From: Halocafeteria seosinensis
Taxonomy: Eukaryota
Assembly (NCBI GenBank): GCA_001687465.1
Contig: LVLI01000675.1
Coordinates: 1-33,256 of the forward strand
Reading direction: 5' to 3'
Length of the DNA: 33,256 nt
Part shown: one piece after another, positions 1 through 12,084 of the stretch
Layout of the letters: each line of letters begins with the position of its first letter
How positions within the stretch are numbered: position 1 is the stretch's first letter
Made by a program: the position numbers and the translations under genes
Notes under the pieces: generated by a model
What the model saw: only the letters and a program-made list of their open reading frames with translations
Told to the model about the DNA's origin: nothing
Database searches by the model: none

Positions 1-395
1 TGGTAGTGCTTACTGTAGTTCTTACATTATATTATCAATCCCATCTTCTTTAGAAGCACAAGACATATATTCATGTACCCATATCCTTGGCGAGGACTCG
101 AAGTGCGCTCTTGGTTTTGCAATTCAAAATTATCGTCGATAAAACTTGTCGATATTACCGTAAGGAGACGAGCGTATTCCCGCATATCATCTTGCAAATA
201 CTTGCATACAGTCGTACTAATAATACAGAGCATTTACTGCAGGTTTGAACTGACTCACTACGCATGTCATCAGTTCCATGCGTGCATTCATACCGTGCGT
301 GCATTCAACCTGGGGGGTTCCCTCCCCCCCCCTTCGTCAAATCCGATATCTGCGCAAGCACCACACCGTGAGCTAACACCCTCACGTCATCCTGC

Positions 396-700
396 ATGAA
401 GCTGATATGCAAAGATTTGCCTGATGAACTCTTTCGCCGTGTTTTCTTCTGCACTCGCCGTTCTTTGTGCTTGTTCTTTCCCACGGGCTCGTTTGGCAGC
501 GGAAGAAGTGGCGCTCCGCTTGCGTTTGCTCTTCCCTACGGCTACCACCTGTTAGTCTTTGTGGCTGCAGGAGTGGCAGTAGGAGCTGCAGCACTACCTG
601 TGGCCTCCGTTTTCTTCTTCGCCGTTCTCTTCTTCTTTTTCGTGCTTTTCCTTTTCGCCTGATGGTCCATCTGGNCTTGCTTNTCAGGCTCCTCAACCCA
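396..700 (-). pseudogene. Possible decayed coding fragment (Lys/Ala-rich), origin unknown
   Basis: The minus strand reads MDHQAKRKSTKKKKRTAKKKTEATGSAAAPTATPAATK, then after a 1-nt frameshift VAVGKSKRKRSATSSAAKRARGKEQAQRTASAEENTAKEFIRQIFAYQLHAG*. There are two N bases nearby and no recognisable domain. Confidence 0.25.
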
Positions 701-1029
701 TTAGAAGGGAAAAATATAGCTACCTACCTGCCTATGCAAGAACAGATTGAGCTATCTTCATTTATTATGTGTTGTATGCTTATCGATCCAACTAAACAAT
801 ATTCTCCACTATTATACTAGATGAGGCAACCGACAACATCCAACCAACGGGACATGGACCGCCATCACGCTGCGCCTTCCAGTGTCTTGTGAAGGTTGAA
901 GGATAGTGTACCGTACAACAAGTACTGTGGTTATTGCTAAGAGGTGGCACAATGTTGATTTACGTTGGCACGTGATTCTTCGTCTAGCTCTGTGGCTATT
1001 TGTGTAGTGCCTGTTGGGGTTCTTGAGCG

Positions 1030-3084
1030 ATGCAAATAGCGGATCCGTGGCAGCTGCAGCAGCTGTCAAACTTCCTCAAGACTGGAAAAAGACGGCCTCT
1101 TCCTCGTGCTGCCTTCGAGTTTGAACCTCAAGAGAATGTCATACCCCCATGGGAAGGAGATGAGATTCGCTACGATGCTCCAACTTCTGGAAGAAAGGGA
1201 TCCTCGACGGAAAAAGAGGAGGGTACTCCCGGACGGCAGCCGTCCGAAGGTGGAGCCTCGAGTTCACCCACAAAGGACGGTGAGAACCAGCGTGGAAGCG
1301 GTAGCCGTACTCAGGAAACAAAGGGGAAGGATAAAGATACTCTCACGAGTACCGATTTTAGTAGGCAACCTGTAGCAGCGAAGAACAGCGTCAGTAGTAC
1401 GAAAGAGGGTCGACACGACTCAGTCAGTGGAAACCAGAGCGAAATATCCCTTATGATGAGCCAGCGACGTACTATCGATGCTAACCGATTAGGGCTACGA
1501 ATATATCTGCCTTCCAAGAAAACAATCGAGTTTAGCGTCCCGTTTTCATCTACTGTGGAGGAGACCATAACGGAAGTAATGCGGCTCTCCAAAGTTCGTG
1601 GGATTGAATATCTTCCGGGTAGCTCGGAGTGCTACGAACTCCGACTGCACGATGACGACGGCGAAATCGATGAGGATTTTCCACGTAAGAATATTCAAAA
1701 CTAAATTATTCTTTATCTTTTTTTGATGCTCTAGATGCGGCATGCTGCAGCATTAGAACGCGACAGGAAGATCCATAGTTTTGGGAGAGGACGTGTGAAC
1801 GAGTATGTGCTATGTAGTCTTCCCGATGCGCTATCGAAGATGAAGGAGAACAGTAAGCTCTTCATCGGCATCATGAACTTAAGATATACCTTTGGTGAAT
1901 GTTGCTTCGTATTTTCAGTTAGAAAAATAGCTGACGGGCCAGGAATGGCTGTCTTGGAATCACGGTTCGGTCCTATAAAGCAGGAGTTCGCCAAGCAAGA
2001 CATACCTCCAACTCTTCGGGTCATATTCAACTTAGGAAAGAATGTTCCGGTATCGCAGTCCGACGTGCCGCTGGTTCACGACGCCATGACGGTTCGAGAC
2101 GTACGTGAAGGGCGTGCTTTCCATCTTAACGTTGTGAGTGACAAAGTCAGCATCGGCATCGCCTCGCAGGTCTTGGAATACTTGAATGCGCAACACCGAC
2201 TCAATTTATTTCAAACAGGAGAGATCCTACAATTACAAGTCGGGCAGATCGACCAAGAGCGACTAAAACTGGCAGATCCCATATTACCTTTGGATACTAA
2301 AGTTGCTCCACTCCGCCTTGAAAATGCCGTTATTAGCCGAAGTAAGTCTGCTCTTCCACAAATGAGGTAGTACCTGGAGTGCCATTGACAATGGAAATGC
2401 TCCACGCAGAGGTTTACCTTGACGCTTCTAGGAAGAAACCCGCTTCTGTCGGCGACGCGGCTAGAACTGCTCTGCCCAAATCGGATGCCAGCAGTGCCAG
2501 TAAGAGTGCCACTCCCGACTCGCGACGGGGACCAGCTGCAAGCAAACGAGGGTTCGACGGCGGCACCCAATTCACTTACAACATTATAACAGCATCAGAG
2601 TTTAAGGAGTGGGAAGTTATTAAGGTAAACAAACGAGGACGCAGACAGGAACGGTGGTTTGGTCTAGATTTAGCTCGTGTTACGAACAGAAAAGTGGGTT
2701 TTATCCTAGTGTAGTTTGCACTTTCGCACTCTGGCATATCTTGTGCCTCTATACAGGTTGAAAAGAAACGGGTGCTTTCGGATCAGCCACGGAGAGCCGA
2801 AAGACTTGTGACAAGCATTGAAGAGGTGACCGTTCACAATGATAAGGATCAGTGCTCGTTTACGGTCACCTACCAGTAAGTTATCATGTGCGAGTTAGCG
2901 ACGTATATACTCCAACTCATTACTAAGTGCTTATTCTCCCGGTGTACACCGCAGGGAGAAGAACAGCTCTACGTCAATACGGTACTTGGCATTGAACCCG
3001 TACGAACGCGAGGAAATCATTGCTAAGATGGAGTACATTCTTGCATTGAACAATGATTCCCATAAAATTAGGCGAGAAGGGTAG
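1030..3084 (+). CDS. SIN1: TORC2 subunit SIN1/Avo1 (CRIM domain plus C-terminal PH domain), 7 exons
   Basis: The spliced CRIM motif reads YELRLHDDDGEIDEDFP|PLERDRKIHSFG (intron 1685-1750). The PH-like C-terminus reads FKEWEVIKVNKRGRRQERWFGLD...EREEIIAKMEYIL. Further GT-AG introns lie at ~1853-1918, 2101-2169, 2342-2409, 2694-2756 and 2876-2954. Stop TAG 3082-3084. Confidence 0.85.
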
Positions 3085-3422
3085 TCGTTGTAGCAAACGT
3101 TCCACTTGCACGATGCCAAAAAATGGCTCAAAAATAGATGGCCCATTGAGACATCAGGTATATCATGACGTACTGTAAGAATGTAACACCACATGTGAAT
3201 AGCAACGAATGTACACGTTGGTACTCAATATAGCTCAACTTCGTGAGTCAACTACCACCACTTGTACAAGTGTAGGAAGGTACCTACCCCGTCAACTTAG
3301 AATGATCAGCTACCCCCGGCTTGGAAAATTTTAATTTTTTTCTGCAAGCACGGTTTGAGCGAGCAATCTTTGACTCCGTGTGTGAGTGCCCCGCGTTGAG
3401 TCCGCATAGCATACAGTAGGGC

Positions 3423-4927
3423 ATGTGTGGTCGATCCAGGTAAGATCGCGTCGAGGGACTGAGTCATGCTCTTCAACCATGCAAAATACAATATTCCAGG
3501 TGTACTTTGAATCCGGAGGACGTTCGTCGCGTATTCGGAGATGTTCCCCAATCGCGATGGAAGAATGCCAGCCGATGTATGGAGCCTTCAAGCCTCACTT
3601 CCAGCATGAGTCAACTCTCAGCACTTCGGGGTTTTGCGCAGATTCCAAGAAGAACAACTGCCATCCGGGAAACCACACCCCTGTGGCGTATGAGGCCAAA
3701 GATGGCGATCGTGCTATCATGGTACGTCATAAGTTGGGTGCTTGTCTATCCCTCGCGAACAAGTTTGAATTTTCTTGGTTCATCTGCAGACGGCTAAGTG
3801 GGGATTAATTCCAAGTTTCCACAAACGGGGAGATAAATTGGATTCCTTCCGCTTGATGAATGCTCGAGCAGAATCAGTGAACCAGAAACCAATCTACAAG
3901 CGGCTTGTGAATCGAAGGCGCTGCGTCATTGTGTTTGACGGATTCTTTGAATGGCAGAAAGATGAAAAAGGCGAGAAACAACCGTACTACATATATCGGA
4001 AGGATGGGAAACCAATTATGCTGGCTGGTACGATATTTGCAGCATGAGTTTTTTGGAGGAGGGGCGATGGTAATTGAATCTCATAGCGAAATTTTTCTCT
4101 TTTGATTCGTTCTGCAGGATTGTGGGACTGCTTCCATGATTCGGATAAATCCAAGGATCAGCTTCAGGAAGAAGAGAGTTAGTCATTTGGAATTCTCTGT
4201 GCAAAGCTGTTCCTAGCTCATCGCAAACAAAACTCTACTAGTTTCGCAGATAAGGTTGGAGGAGAATCTGGCGAGGAAGACATCTATAGCTATACGATTC
4301 TCACAATGGCAGCGTCACCAGCACTGTCTTGGCTGCATCACCGGATGCCGGTACGTACTGAAGCGTATATTGTTGACGCAAGTTAACGTTGGCTTACGTT
4401 GCTGTGTACACGCAGGTTTTACTGAATAACGAGGAGCAAGTCAATGCTTGGCTAGACCATTCCATGAAATTTCAAGATATCTGTTCTAGCGACAACAAAA
4501 AAGTTAGTCAAGCATTCACACCCGTTGACACTGGAGAGATGACGTATCATCCCGTATCGAAAAAAAGTAGGAAGGGAAATACGACTTTCAATATGATAGT
4601 TGACCATGCAAACTCTGTGTATAACTTCTGGTACGCAGTGAACCGTATTAGTTACGATTCTGAGGACGTCACAGAACCGATAGAACTGAAAAAAGATACT
4701 GATAAGGGTATGTAATGGTGTGGATCAGGTGGTCCCAGTGGTACTGAAAGAAATCCTTACACGCTACAGATGAAGGCAAATCAAAGATAACCTCCTTCTT
4801 TCACCGGAAGCCGCAGAAACATTCTGAGAATGATGCCGGCAACATTGCCGCCCCAATTAGCCCGGGAGAAAAACGAGGCTCTCAACAAACTATCAACGAA
4901 CCGAAAGCGAAAGCAAGAAAAGGTTAA
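3423..4927 (+). CDS. HMCES: SRAP-domain abasic-site processing protein (HMCES/YedK family), ~9 exons
   Basis: The N-terminus MCGRS|RC carries the catalytic Cys2. Other motifs are KWGLIP, NARAESV, RRCVIVFDGFFEWQK, KQPYYI, MLAG|LWD, YTILT, WLHHRMP|V and YHPVSKKMN. The C-terminus has a PIP-box-like KSKITSFF. Stop TAA 4925-4927. Confidence 0.93.
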
Positions 4928-4965
4928 AACAGGAAACGGACTCCTCGCCATATTGCATATGGGTC

Positions 4966-7900
4966 CTATCGTCTTGTCGATCTTCGTTTAGTGATACTAG
5001 GCGAGCCCCACGACGGGGTTCCTAGAGGCGTTCCTGTGGTGCCGTTCTCTTTTGTATGTGTGAATAAACACAACAAACTGTTAAGAAACGTGTCATATGT
5101 CTCTTCCTCTGAAGCATCCAAGCGCTTTGCTTGGTCTTTGGATGCCTTATCTACTCCACTGAGGCCGGTAGGCCCAAGAAAGAATTGAACAACTTCCCGA
5201 AACGTAGAGAATCCTCGCAAGAACAGATGCTTCCACTGAGTACTTGTACCAAATGTATCCGCATGACTCATGGTAGGATCCTCGTTAAATTTGTTGCGAT
5301 AGGCATAAAGAAATTTTTGATGAATTGGGTTCACATCCCGTCCATCAACGTAACTGGCGAGCGACTTCATTCTTCGTTCTTTCTTAGCCATGTTACAGTG
5401 TACACAATGCTGTAGGCACATTTTTTGAGTCCGTGAAAGGAGAGAAGGATCTACGTTTTGCTTCACCATGGCAGCCTGTTCTGGAGGGAGGAGCAATGTA
5501 CACAAGCAACTTTCGAGAGCGTGTGCAGCCAATTCTCCGGAGCGCTCCGCCCGCATTTGGGCCCCTGCAACAACCAGACTTTACAAAGTGCAGTCACAGC
5601 ACGACATGGGAAATTGTCCCACGCTACCTCTTTTGTTTGCTGTATTCTGGATCGTTTCCGAACCCATTACATGTCTTAAGCATCTTCGTAATTCCGAAGT
5701 CGACGGGGGCTGCAACATTGGCGAGAGTCGAGGTGAGTCCACGGTAATATGGGGAGCTTTGACAACTACTTGGCACTTACCCACCCTCGCACTTTGACGC
5801 CAACCCCGGCAGCCTCTACCATGTCTCCCCATTGCATTTGGTCTGCCCAACGAAGAATCGGAATAACTAAACTGGGAATCCCGGAGGCTAAAACACTCGC
5901 TGTTGTTCCCGCTCCCCCGTGATGACACACAGCGCTACAGCGCTCAAACACCCAGTCATGAGGAGCCGCTTCGATAACAGCCAGATTTCCCTTCCTGCCG
6001 AAACCTAATTTGTGCTTACTGTCCGGTTCTGATCCCGGCGAGCTCTGTAGCTGGCGTTCTTGCATTAGCTCCCAATCTGGTAAGCGGCATCCCAGTTCCT
6101 CAGGAGGATCAGCCCATCCAGTCATCAACAACACCTTATAGCCATGATTAAGGGCTTCGTTAGCAAGCGTTGGTACAACTCCTGTGATAAAGCAAGCACA
6201 ATGGGGATGCATCATGCTTATAAATTAGTCGAGGGAGCAACAACGTACCACTAGAAGTTGCGAGCACCATACTTCCGAAAGTAATACAAACCACTGGTCG
6301 GTCAGCCTCTTCGAAAAACTTCTCGAGCCAATCAGGCGCCTGCCAACCAGAGGAGGACGTATTCGTCCAAAATCCACACTCAAACACCCATTCTGGATAG
6401 TCTAGAGGTTTGGGGAATAGAAGTGGGGACACAGCTGCAGACGACCAACCACACCATTTGCCCCGCTGCGAATAAAGTGAGAGAAATCACGCATCTACAT
6501 ACCAAGGAGCTGAGGTGAGTAATACATGTCAAAAATACGCTCTGCTGGTGTGTCCGTGGTCAACTTCAAGGTATTCTGCGGGTATATAACAGTGTAGCGT
6601 ACGGAGACACTGCAAGCTCACGTGAAAATGGTCTCTTACCTTTCGCCACTCATTCTCCATTTGCTGTATTGGAACATTACGGACAGCAAGTCCGATCCGC
6701 ACCCAAGTGAGCAAGTGGCGGATATAGTTCAGGAACCCATAGGAACTGGTCTCTACGCCTGGAGGACCAAACGCATTGGAGGGAATATCCGGTGCCAACT
6801 TTGCCTGCCAACAAGGGATTCCCGTAGCTTCACTAATGTTCAAACCGAAGGAGGCGGTGTGTGCGGTCGCGATGATGACATCCGCCGGTTCATGTTTGCC
6901 CTCCGACGCGAATCTTTGTTTCCTTTCAGTAGGATTGCAATAGTTCCCCAGAACAGCGGCATAAAATCCATCACCAACTGGTAAGTATTGATCCTTGAAA
7001 CCCTCAAACGTCCTTTCCATCATTTCTCCGACGGATTTGACCTCCAACCAATGCGTTGGTTGATCAATTTTAGAAATGCCAATGGGAGCGAATTCCAAGC
7101 CATGTTCCTCTATTAGCTCGTGAAAGTTATCAGAAGAGGCAATTACAACGTTATGGCCGCGTTCATGCAAAGTTTGACCCAATGTTAGAAAAGGCTGTAC
7201 ATCTCCTCTCGTCCCAATCGTGAGGACTACAAGTCTCAGGCTAGCCCCAGTTTGCGCCGTTATCGATGGCGGGGACCTTTGATGAGCAAAAAAACCTTGG
7301 CCTGTCGGCTCCCATTGCCAATTTTCTTCTGCTTCACTTTGTGGCTTGCCGGAACATCGTGCAGCAGAGACGTACAGCACGGAGTACGCGCCCATACAGA
7401 AGAGAAAGCATGTCAGGAGAAGGTATACTACCCCTAGAACGAATGTAGAGTTGGGATGCGCATCCTTCGAAAATACGGAAAACGGCATCAGCGACATTAG
7501 CAAGGTCCTAGACTGGTCGGACGCCATTAAGCTTATTCGCTTTGCGCAGCCGGGCAGATTTTCACATTCCATTACAGCAGCGTATATAGTTTGCCATAGA
7601 AATTTTGCAAGCGTGGTTGAAAGCTGATAAAAAATTGGTAGCAATACAACGAGCACCCAGCACCGTAAAGCCACCAAGCGATTTGCAACCCAAACGTTGA
7701 ATTCGCGAGCGCGAGCGCGGCGAAATTCAGGCAAACAATAGAGCGGTACTTCATCCATCGGGCTGTCAAACGCCCCTTTGACGTAAAAATAATACATTGT
7801 ATACAGCTGCATGACCAAGCGAAGCGCGTAGACTTTGGTACCCACAAAGACAACAGCCAACAATACTCTTCTTACCCAGGCATACGCGCGTAGCGAGTAC

Positions 7901-8394
7901 AGCAGCACTTGGCCTAACGCGGTGTGGGCGGTATCCTTAGAACCGTGATGAAAGCCCGCCACAATCGCTGCTATGATACTAACGACGCCTAGCCACAGGC
8001 AGCACTGAACCTCTAGCTGCCATTGTAGCCTGGCATGGTTCTGTGGGGCGGCTTCCAATCGAGCGCATCGTCTCAATTTGGCCAGTCGTGCACGAGTTCC
8101 CCACGGGAGCATCAAGAAAAAGACCAATTGAACAGCTCTGCATCAAGCGGCATTTCTCCAGGTTTTCTATCTTTGTCAGACATGGTTTGAGCCGATACTA
8201 ATGCGTCTCTGAACAACGTACACGACGATATGATTCCAGTCCTGTGTCCAAGTCCCCCGAAGTTCATGCAACGTAGCTCCCAGGAAGCATAGTTCCGCCA
8301 CTCTGCGTGCATGTGCCCATTCATTGAGTGCGTAAGAGGGTATACGAGGCAATGGGGTGCTGGTGACGGTGAATATACGCACCGAATAGCCCAT
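4966..8394 (-). CDS. Sterol 3-beta-glucosyltransferase-like GT1 (UGT80/Atg26-type catalytic core) with N-terminal multi-transmembrane region
   Basis: Motifs LTIGTRGDVQPF, PKPLDYP, PVVCITFGSM, APHDWVF and VCHHGGAGTTASVLASGIPSLVIP...DQMQWG. The start at 8394 is inferred by joining ORF 8176..8394 through an intron (8221-8138) to ORF 6529..8127, so it is less certain than the rest. Confidence 0.85.
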
Positions 8395-8628
8395 TCTTGC
8401 TGTATAGGCGCGGAAGGCGTCTGAAGAGTTCCTAGGACCATGGTCCCTTTGTTTTTTATTGGTTTGCTACCGCCTCAATGGTGTGAATATCACACCATAA
8501 TAATCATAACAACATGCCATTGACGTGCATAACAACCCGGATGAACCTAACTTAGTAAACGAGCTCACAAAAGGTCAATCCACGGCTGACTTCTGAGCGC
8601 ATTGCAGAGACCCTACAGACTATACAGC

Positions 8629-9357
8629 ATGGATACAGAGGTGTTGCACAGTAGTACATCACCTACGCATAATGGGAGAGTGCATGAAATGGCCCAGCAC
8701 ACTGGCAACACCCCAGAACAGAGGAGATACACTGCATTGCTCCTCCGAGTGGCCGGGAAGAAATTGGATTTAAGATCGAATACTGTGGCATTAGCTATAT
8801 GTTTCATGTGTCGAGCTTATCACAATGGATGGCAGCCTCAAGACAGTACACTCGCCGCTATGGCCGCCATTTTCCTCGCGGCCAAAGTAGATGAAACTCC
8901 CCGAAGCATACGGAGCGTAGGAGGAGTGATATATGCTCTCCAGAATCCAGAGACAGTCTACATGCCACTGCAAGTTCATTGGGAAAATAAGAAGAAGTTA
9001 GTCGTCCAGGAACATTTGCTCCTCCGGTTTCTGCACTTTGATACCAACATGGTTCTACCCTACAAATTTGCTTTGAATTACATTCGAAGTTTGGGAGTGA
9101 AAGCCGCCGTGGCACAAGTGGCTACCTCCCTATTGGATGATACAGCTTCTGCATGGGCAAATTCGAACTTCCTTTCTCATGAAATTGCCATTGCAGCTGT
9201 CTATCTTGCGGTGAAATTCGTCAAAGAAGATGACGTCCCGACGGACAAATTTGGATCGGATTGGTGGAAGCTGTTTGAAAGTGAGCGAAGTACCACGAAA
9301 GAATGTTGCCTCCTCTTGCTTGAAGAGCTAAAGCAAAATGAGCATGTTACATTGTGA
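8629..9357 (+). CDS. Transcriptional cyclin (cyclin L/K/Q-like), single exon
   Basis: Cyclin-box motifs AAMAAIFLAAKVDETPRSIRSV, EHLLLRFLHFD, PYKFALNY, IAIAAVYLA and WWKLF. First ATG at 8629. Confidence 0.85.
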   Translation: MDTEVLHSSTSPTHNGRVHEMAQHTGNTPEQRRYTALLLRVAGKKLDLRSNTVALAICFMCRAYHNGWQPQDSTLAAMAAIFLAAKVDETPRSIRSVGGVIYALQNPETVYMPLQVHWENKKKLVVQEHLLLRFLHFDTNMVLPYKFALNYIRSLGVKAAVAQVATSLLDDTASAWANSNFLSHEIAIAAVYLAVKFVKEDDVPTDKFGSDWWKLFESERSTTKECCLLLLEELKQNEHVTL

Positions 9358-10085
9358 CTTCTTAAGAAGGTAGAAATGCAATAGGACACTTCCGGCTACC
9401 ACTGGTGATTCAGTGATCCCATCAACTGGGAGCTTTGGCTACAATCGTTGTCGTTTCCCCAACGACGTCCAACGTTCTCGACACCATATGGACAATCATT
9501 CAGCACCCTTGTTCTTAGAACAATGGGTAAGGTGGAGGGACATCGTAGGCCTGAGCGATAAGCAAAATGGAAGTTATATGAGAGAATGAAGACATTAACT
9601 ACGATGGAAGCGGTAAGGGGACAAAGTGACCGCTTCCATTGGCGGGAAGCAAAGGAATTGGCGAACNTGCAAAAGCTGCCCAGCTCTACCCACACGAAGA
9701 TATCTTGCATAGTCTTTTTTGATATCAGGATAGCCGATATCTACATTCGTGCGTCCAAACGGACGAGCTGTGGCTGAAGCCTGCCGCCACGGGTCATGCC
9801 TCTTGTTCAACCCCACGAGCAGTTGTATGTATTCATGCTCAGCTCTAGGCTACAACTATGTCACACTAGGCTATGTGTAACGTTGCTATCGGATCGACCG
9901 TCGACGTCGATTCGATGAAGACTTCGTCGCGAAGTGCTTCTGTGAAGCTGACGACACCTTAGCCGTTAGCGACCAGCTGGATAAAATAAGCACCACAGCA
10001 CCGTGCCACCACTTCGGACGCATTGTTGCTTAATCAGTACGATATACCTATTTCACTATTGATTATCGCTCTTAACTGAATAACC

Positions 10086-11161
10086 ATGGCAAATTATGAC
10101 GCTTATTCTGGTTATGGGGGCGCTCCGGCGCCCTTAAGGGACCCGCAGAAACCACTGAAATCAGTGGCAGAAACCATGGGATCCGGTGGAACCGGACTAC
10201 AGATACCTTTTGGAGGTGACATACGTGCCCTTCCTCCTCAAGGATACGACATCCTCGACCCTGACGACGAAAGGTTCATTGCATTTGTAAGCTACCTGGA
10301 CGTCGAACTACTTGGACTCTGGACTGGACTTTTCTGAAAGTCTTTTCAACACTTGTTCATTGGTTGCAGAAAAATATAATGCCTCGCACACGTTTACAAA
10401 AGAGGCAAATGCAGGATAAAGAGTCACTCGAGAAAGCTCGACTTCGAGAGGTATGCCCTACTGGAACCGTTATTGGAGGCTTGAGCACTGGCTTGCTACA
10501 CCTTCCCGTTTGCAGCGTCGAGGGGCGTACCACAAATACACAGATCCAGGGGCGGTCATTGCACCCGATGATCAAAATGCGGATGCTTTCATCAGTGAAT
10601 CAGAACGATTTTTAACAGATGTGGCAGCAGAAGAGAAACTTAGGCGGGAAGAACGACAGGCGAAAAAAGCTCAAGAAATCTTGCGAAAGCGTGAAGAAGT
10701 ACGTACAGATAATCTCTACGCGAAGTCAAACAGTGTAAGCTTTGACGCATGTCTCCTGTTCAGAATGCGGCACGAGACGAGCGTCGGTGGAGAAATATGG
10801 AGGAAGAAGAAAAGAAGGAAAAAGAACGTTTAGATAAACTAAGGCAAAGCGGAACGAAGGCTTTAAGCAACAAGAAGAGCACACCATATGATCCTCTTAC
10901 GCTGAACTATGATGATACAGACTCTGGTCGAAAACTGAAGTAAGCACAGGCCAATCAAGGAGGGAGTTTTGATAGTTCATGTATGTATCTTTTCGAGTTT
11001 CTCTTTGCAGAGAGCGTGACGAAAAAATTCTACAACGAGCAGCCATGAGAGCCAGAACGCTCGAGGAGAGGAACAGAGGAGCAGGGTTTGATATCATATC
11101 AGGAGAACAGAAAGGCGTCACTAGGATACCAAACTTACCAGACCCAGATCAGAATAAATAG
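10086..11161 (+). CDS. Hypothetical charged coiled-coil protein, 5 exons
   Basis: Four GT-AG introns join ORF pieces into one frame: MANYDAY...FIAF|KNIMPR...RLRE|RRGAYHKY...KREE|NAARDERRW...YDPLTLNY...RKLK|ERDEKILQRAAMRARTL...GFDIISGE...QNK*. Confidence 0.75.
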
Positions 11162-11305
11162 ACGCACTGCGTTTGTATGCACTAGTGTTGTTAATGTACA
11201 CGCCATTTGGTTCGCGTTTTGCAAAGAGTTGTCAACTTGCAGTGCTAAGAATAGAGCGTCAATTCAAGTATTGGATTTCGTAAGACAATCATGTGGGCAA
11301 GCTGG

Positions 11306-12084
11306 TTAAGCCTCGAGGTTTTTCTTATTTAACCATGTCTATTGCAAAAAGTAGTGTGTAATATGAGCTGCGTGCACTACACCTCGTCAACCTTACATCC
11401 GCGCCATCTCGGGAAGACCGCGTACTTTGCTTTCCATGGAACACGATGCAGTTGGCATCTTGATCGATGAGTACCGGAGATACTATCCAAGAAAAGGCCC
11501 TACTTTAGCTCCGTCGTCAAGTTAGCAAAACCTCTACCTACCCGATACCCGGGATGCTTTCTTCTTGGCTTCTTCTTTGGCCTTCTGCAAAAGTTAATAC
11601 AAACAATTGCTAGGCTCATCCGCAGTCAGACTATCAAGTGGATCCCCCGAGACATACCTCTACGTTAGGGTCTGGGACCCAGAACCCGGTCTTCACACCC
11701 CACTGAAAATCTGTCAGGTACTCTTCGCGTGGTCGTCCATTGGAGTTCACTGGCTGAGCATCCGTCCTATAGGGTGTATCTTTCGAATATTGGATTATCA
11801 AGTCTTCATCATCAAAATCGGGGGAACTATTTGCTCTATCTTCATATCGGTGAATTTCCTGTATAACCCATCAAATCTCAAGTAATTGCGCCCAAACCTG
11901 CTTCTGCTGCAACACACGAACTTACAGGATTTTCTGTGGATAAATAGTACTGGTCAGTAGGCGCACCATACGCTTTGCGCATGGGAGGAACGCATAATGG
12001 TACGAACAAGGCAATGCCGCCTGCTACGGCGGAGCCCATTAAGGCAGGCTCCTTGTTCATTGAATGCCGAAACCACGCAAACAT
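11306..12084 (-). CDS. NDUFA3: Mitochondrial complex I accessory subunit NDUFA3/B9 (9.5 kDa)-like with C-terminal extension, 4 exons
   Basis: Exon 1, MFAWFRHSMNKEPALMGSAVAGGIALFVPLCVPPMRKAYGAPTDQY, matches the B9/N19M pattern (xEP, TM helix, VPPxR..G). Three GT-AG introns keep the frame open to TAA at 11306-11308. Confidence 0.65.

Noticed and set aside
790..822. Helitron 3' end at ...ATACTAG
   Set aside because: There is no GC-rich subterminal hairpin and no Rep/helicase sequence.
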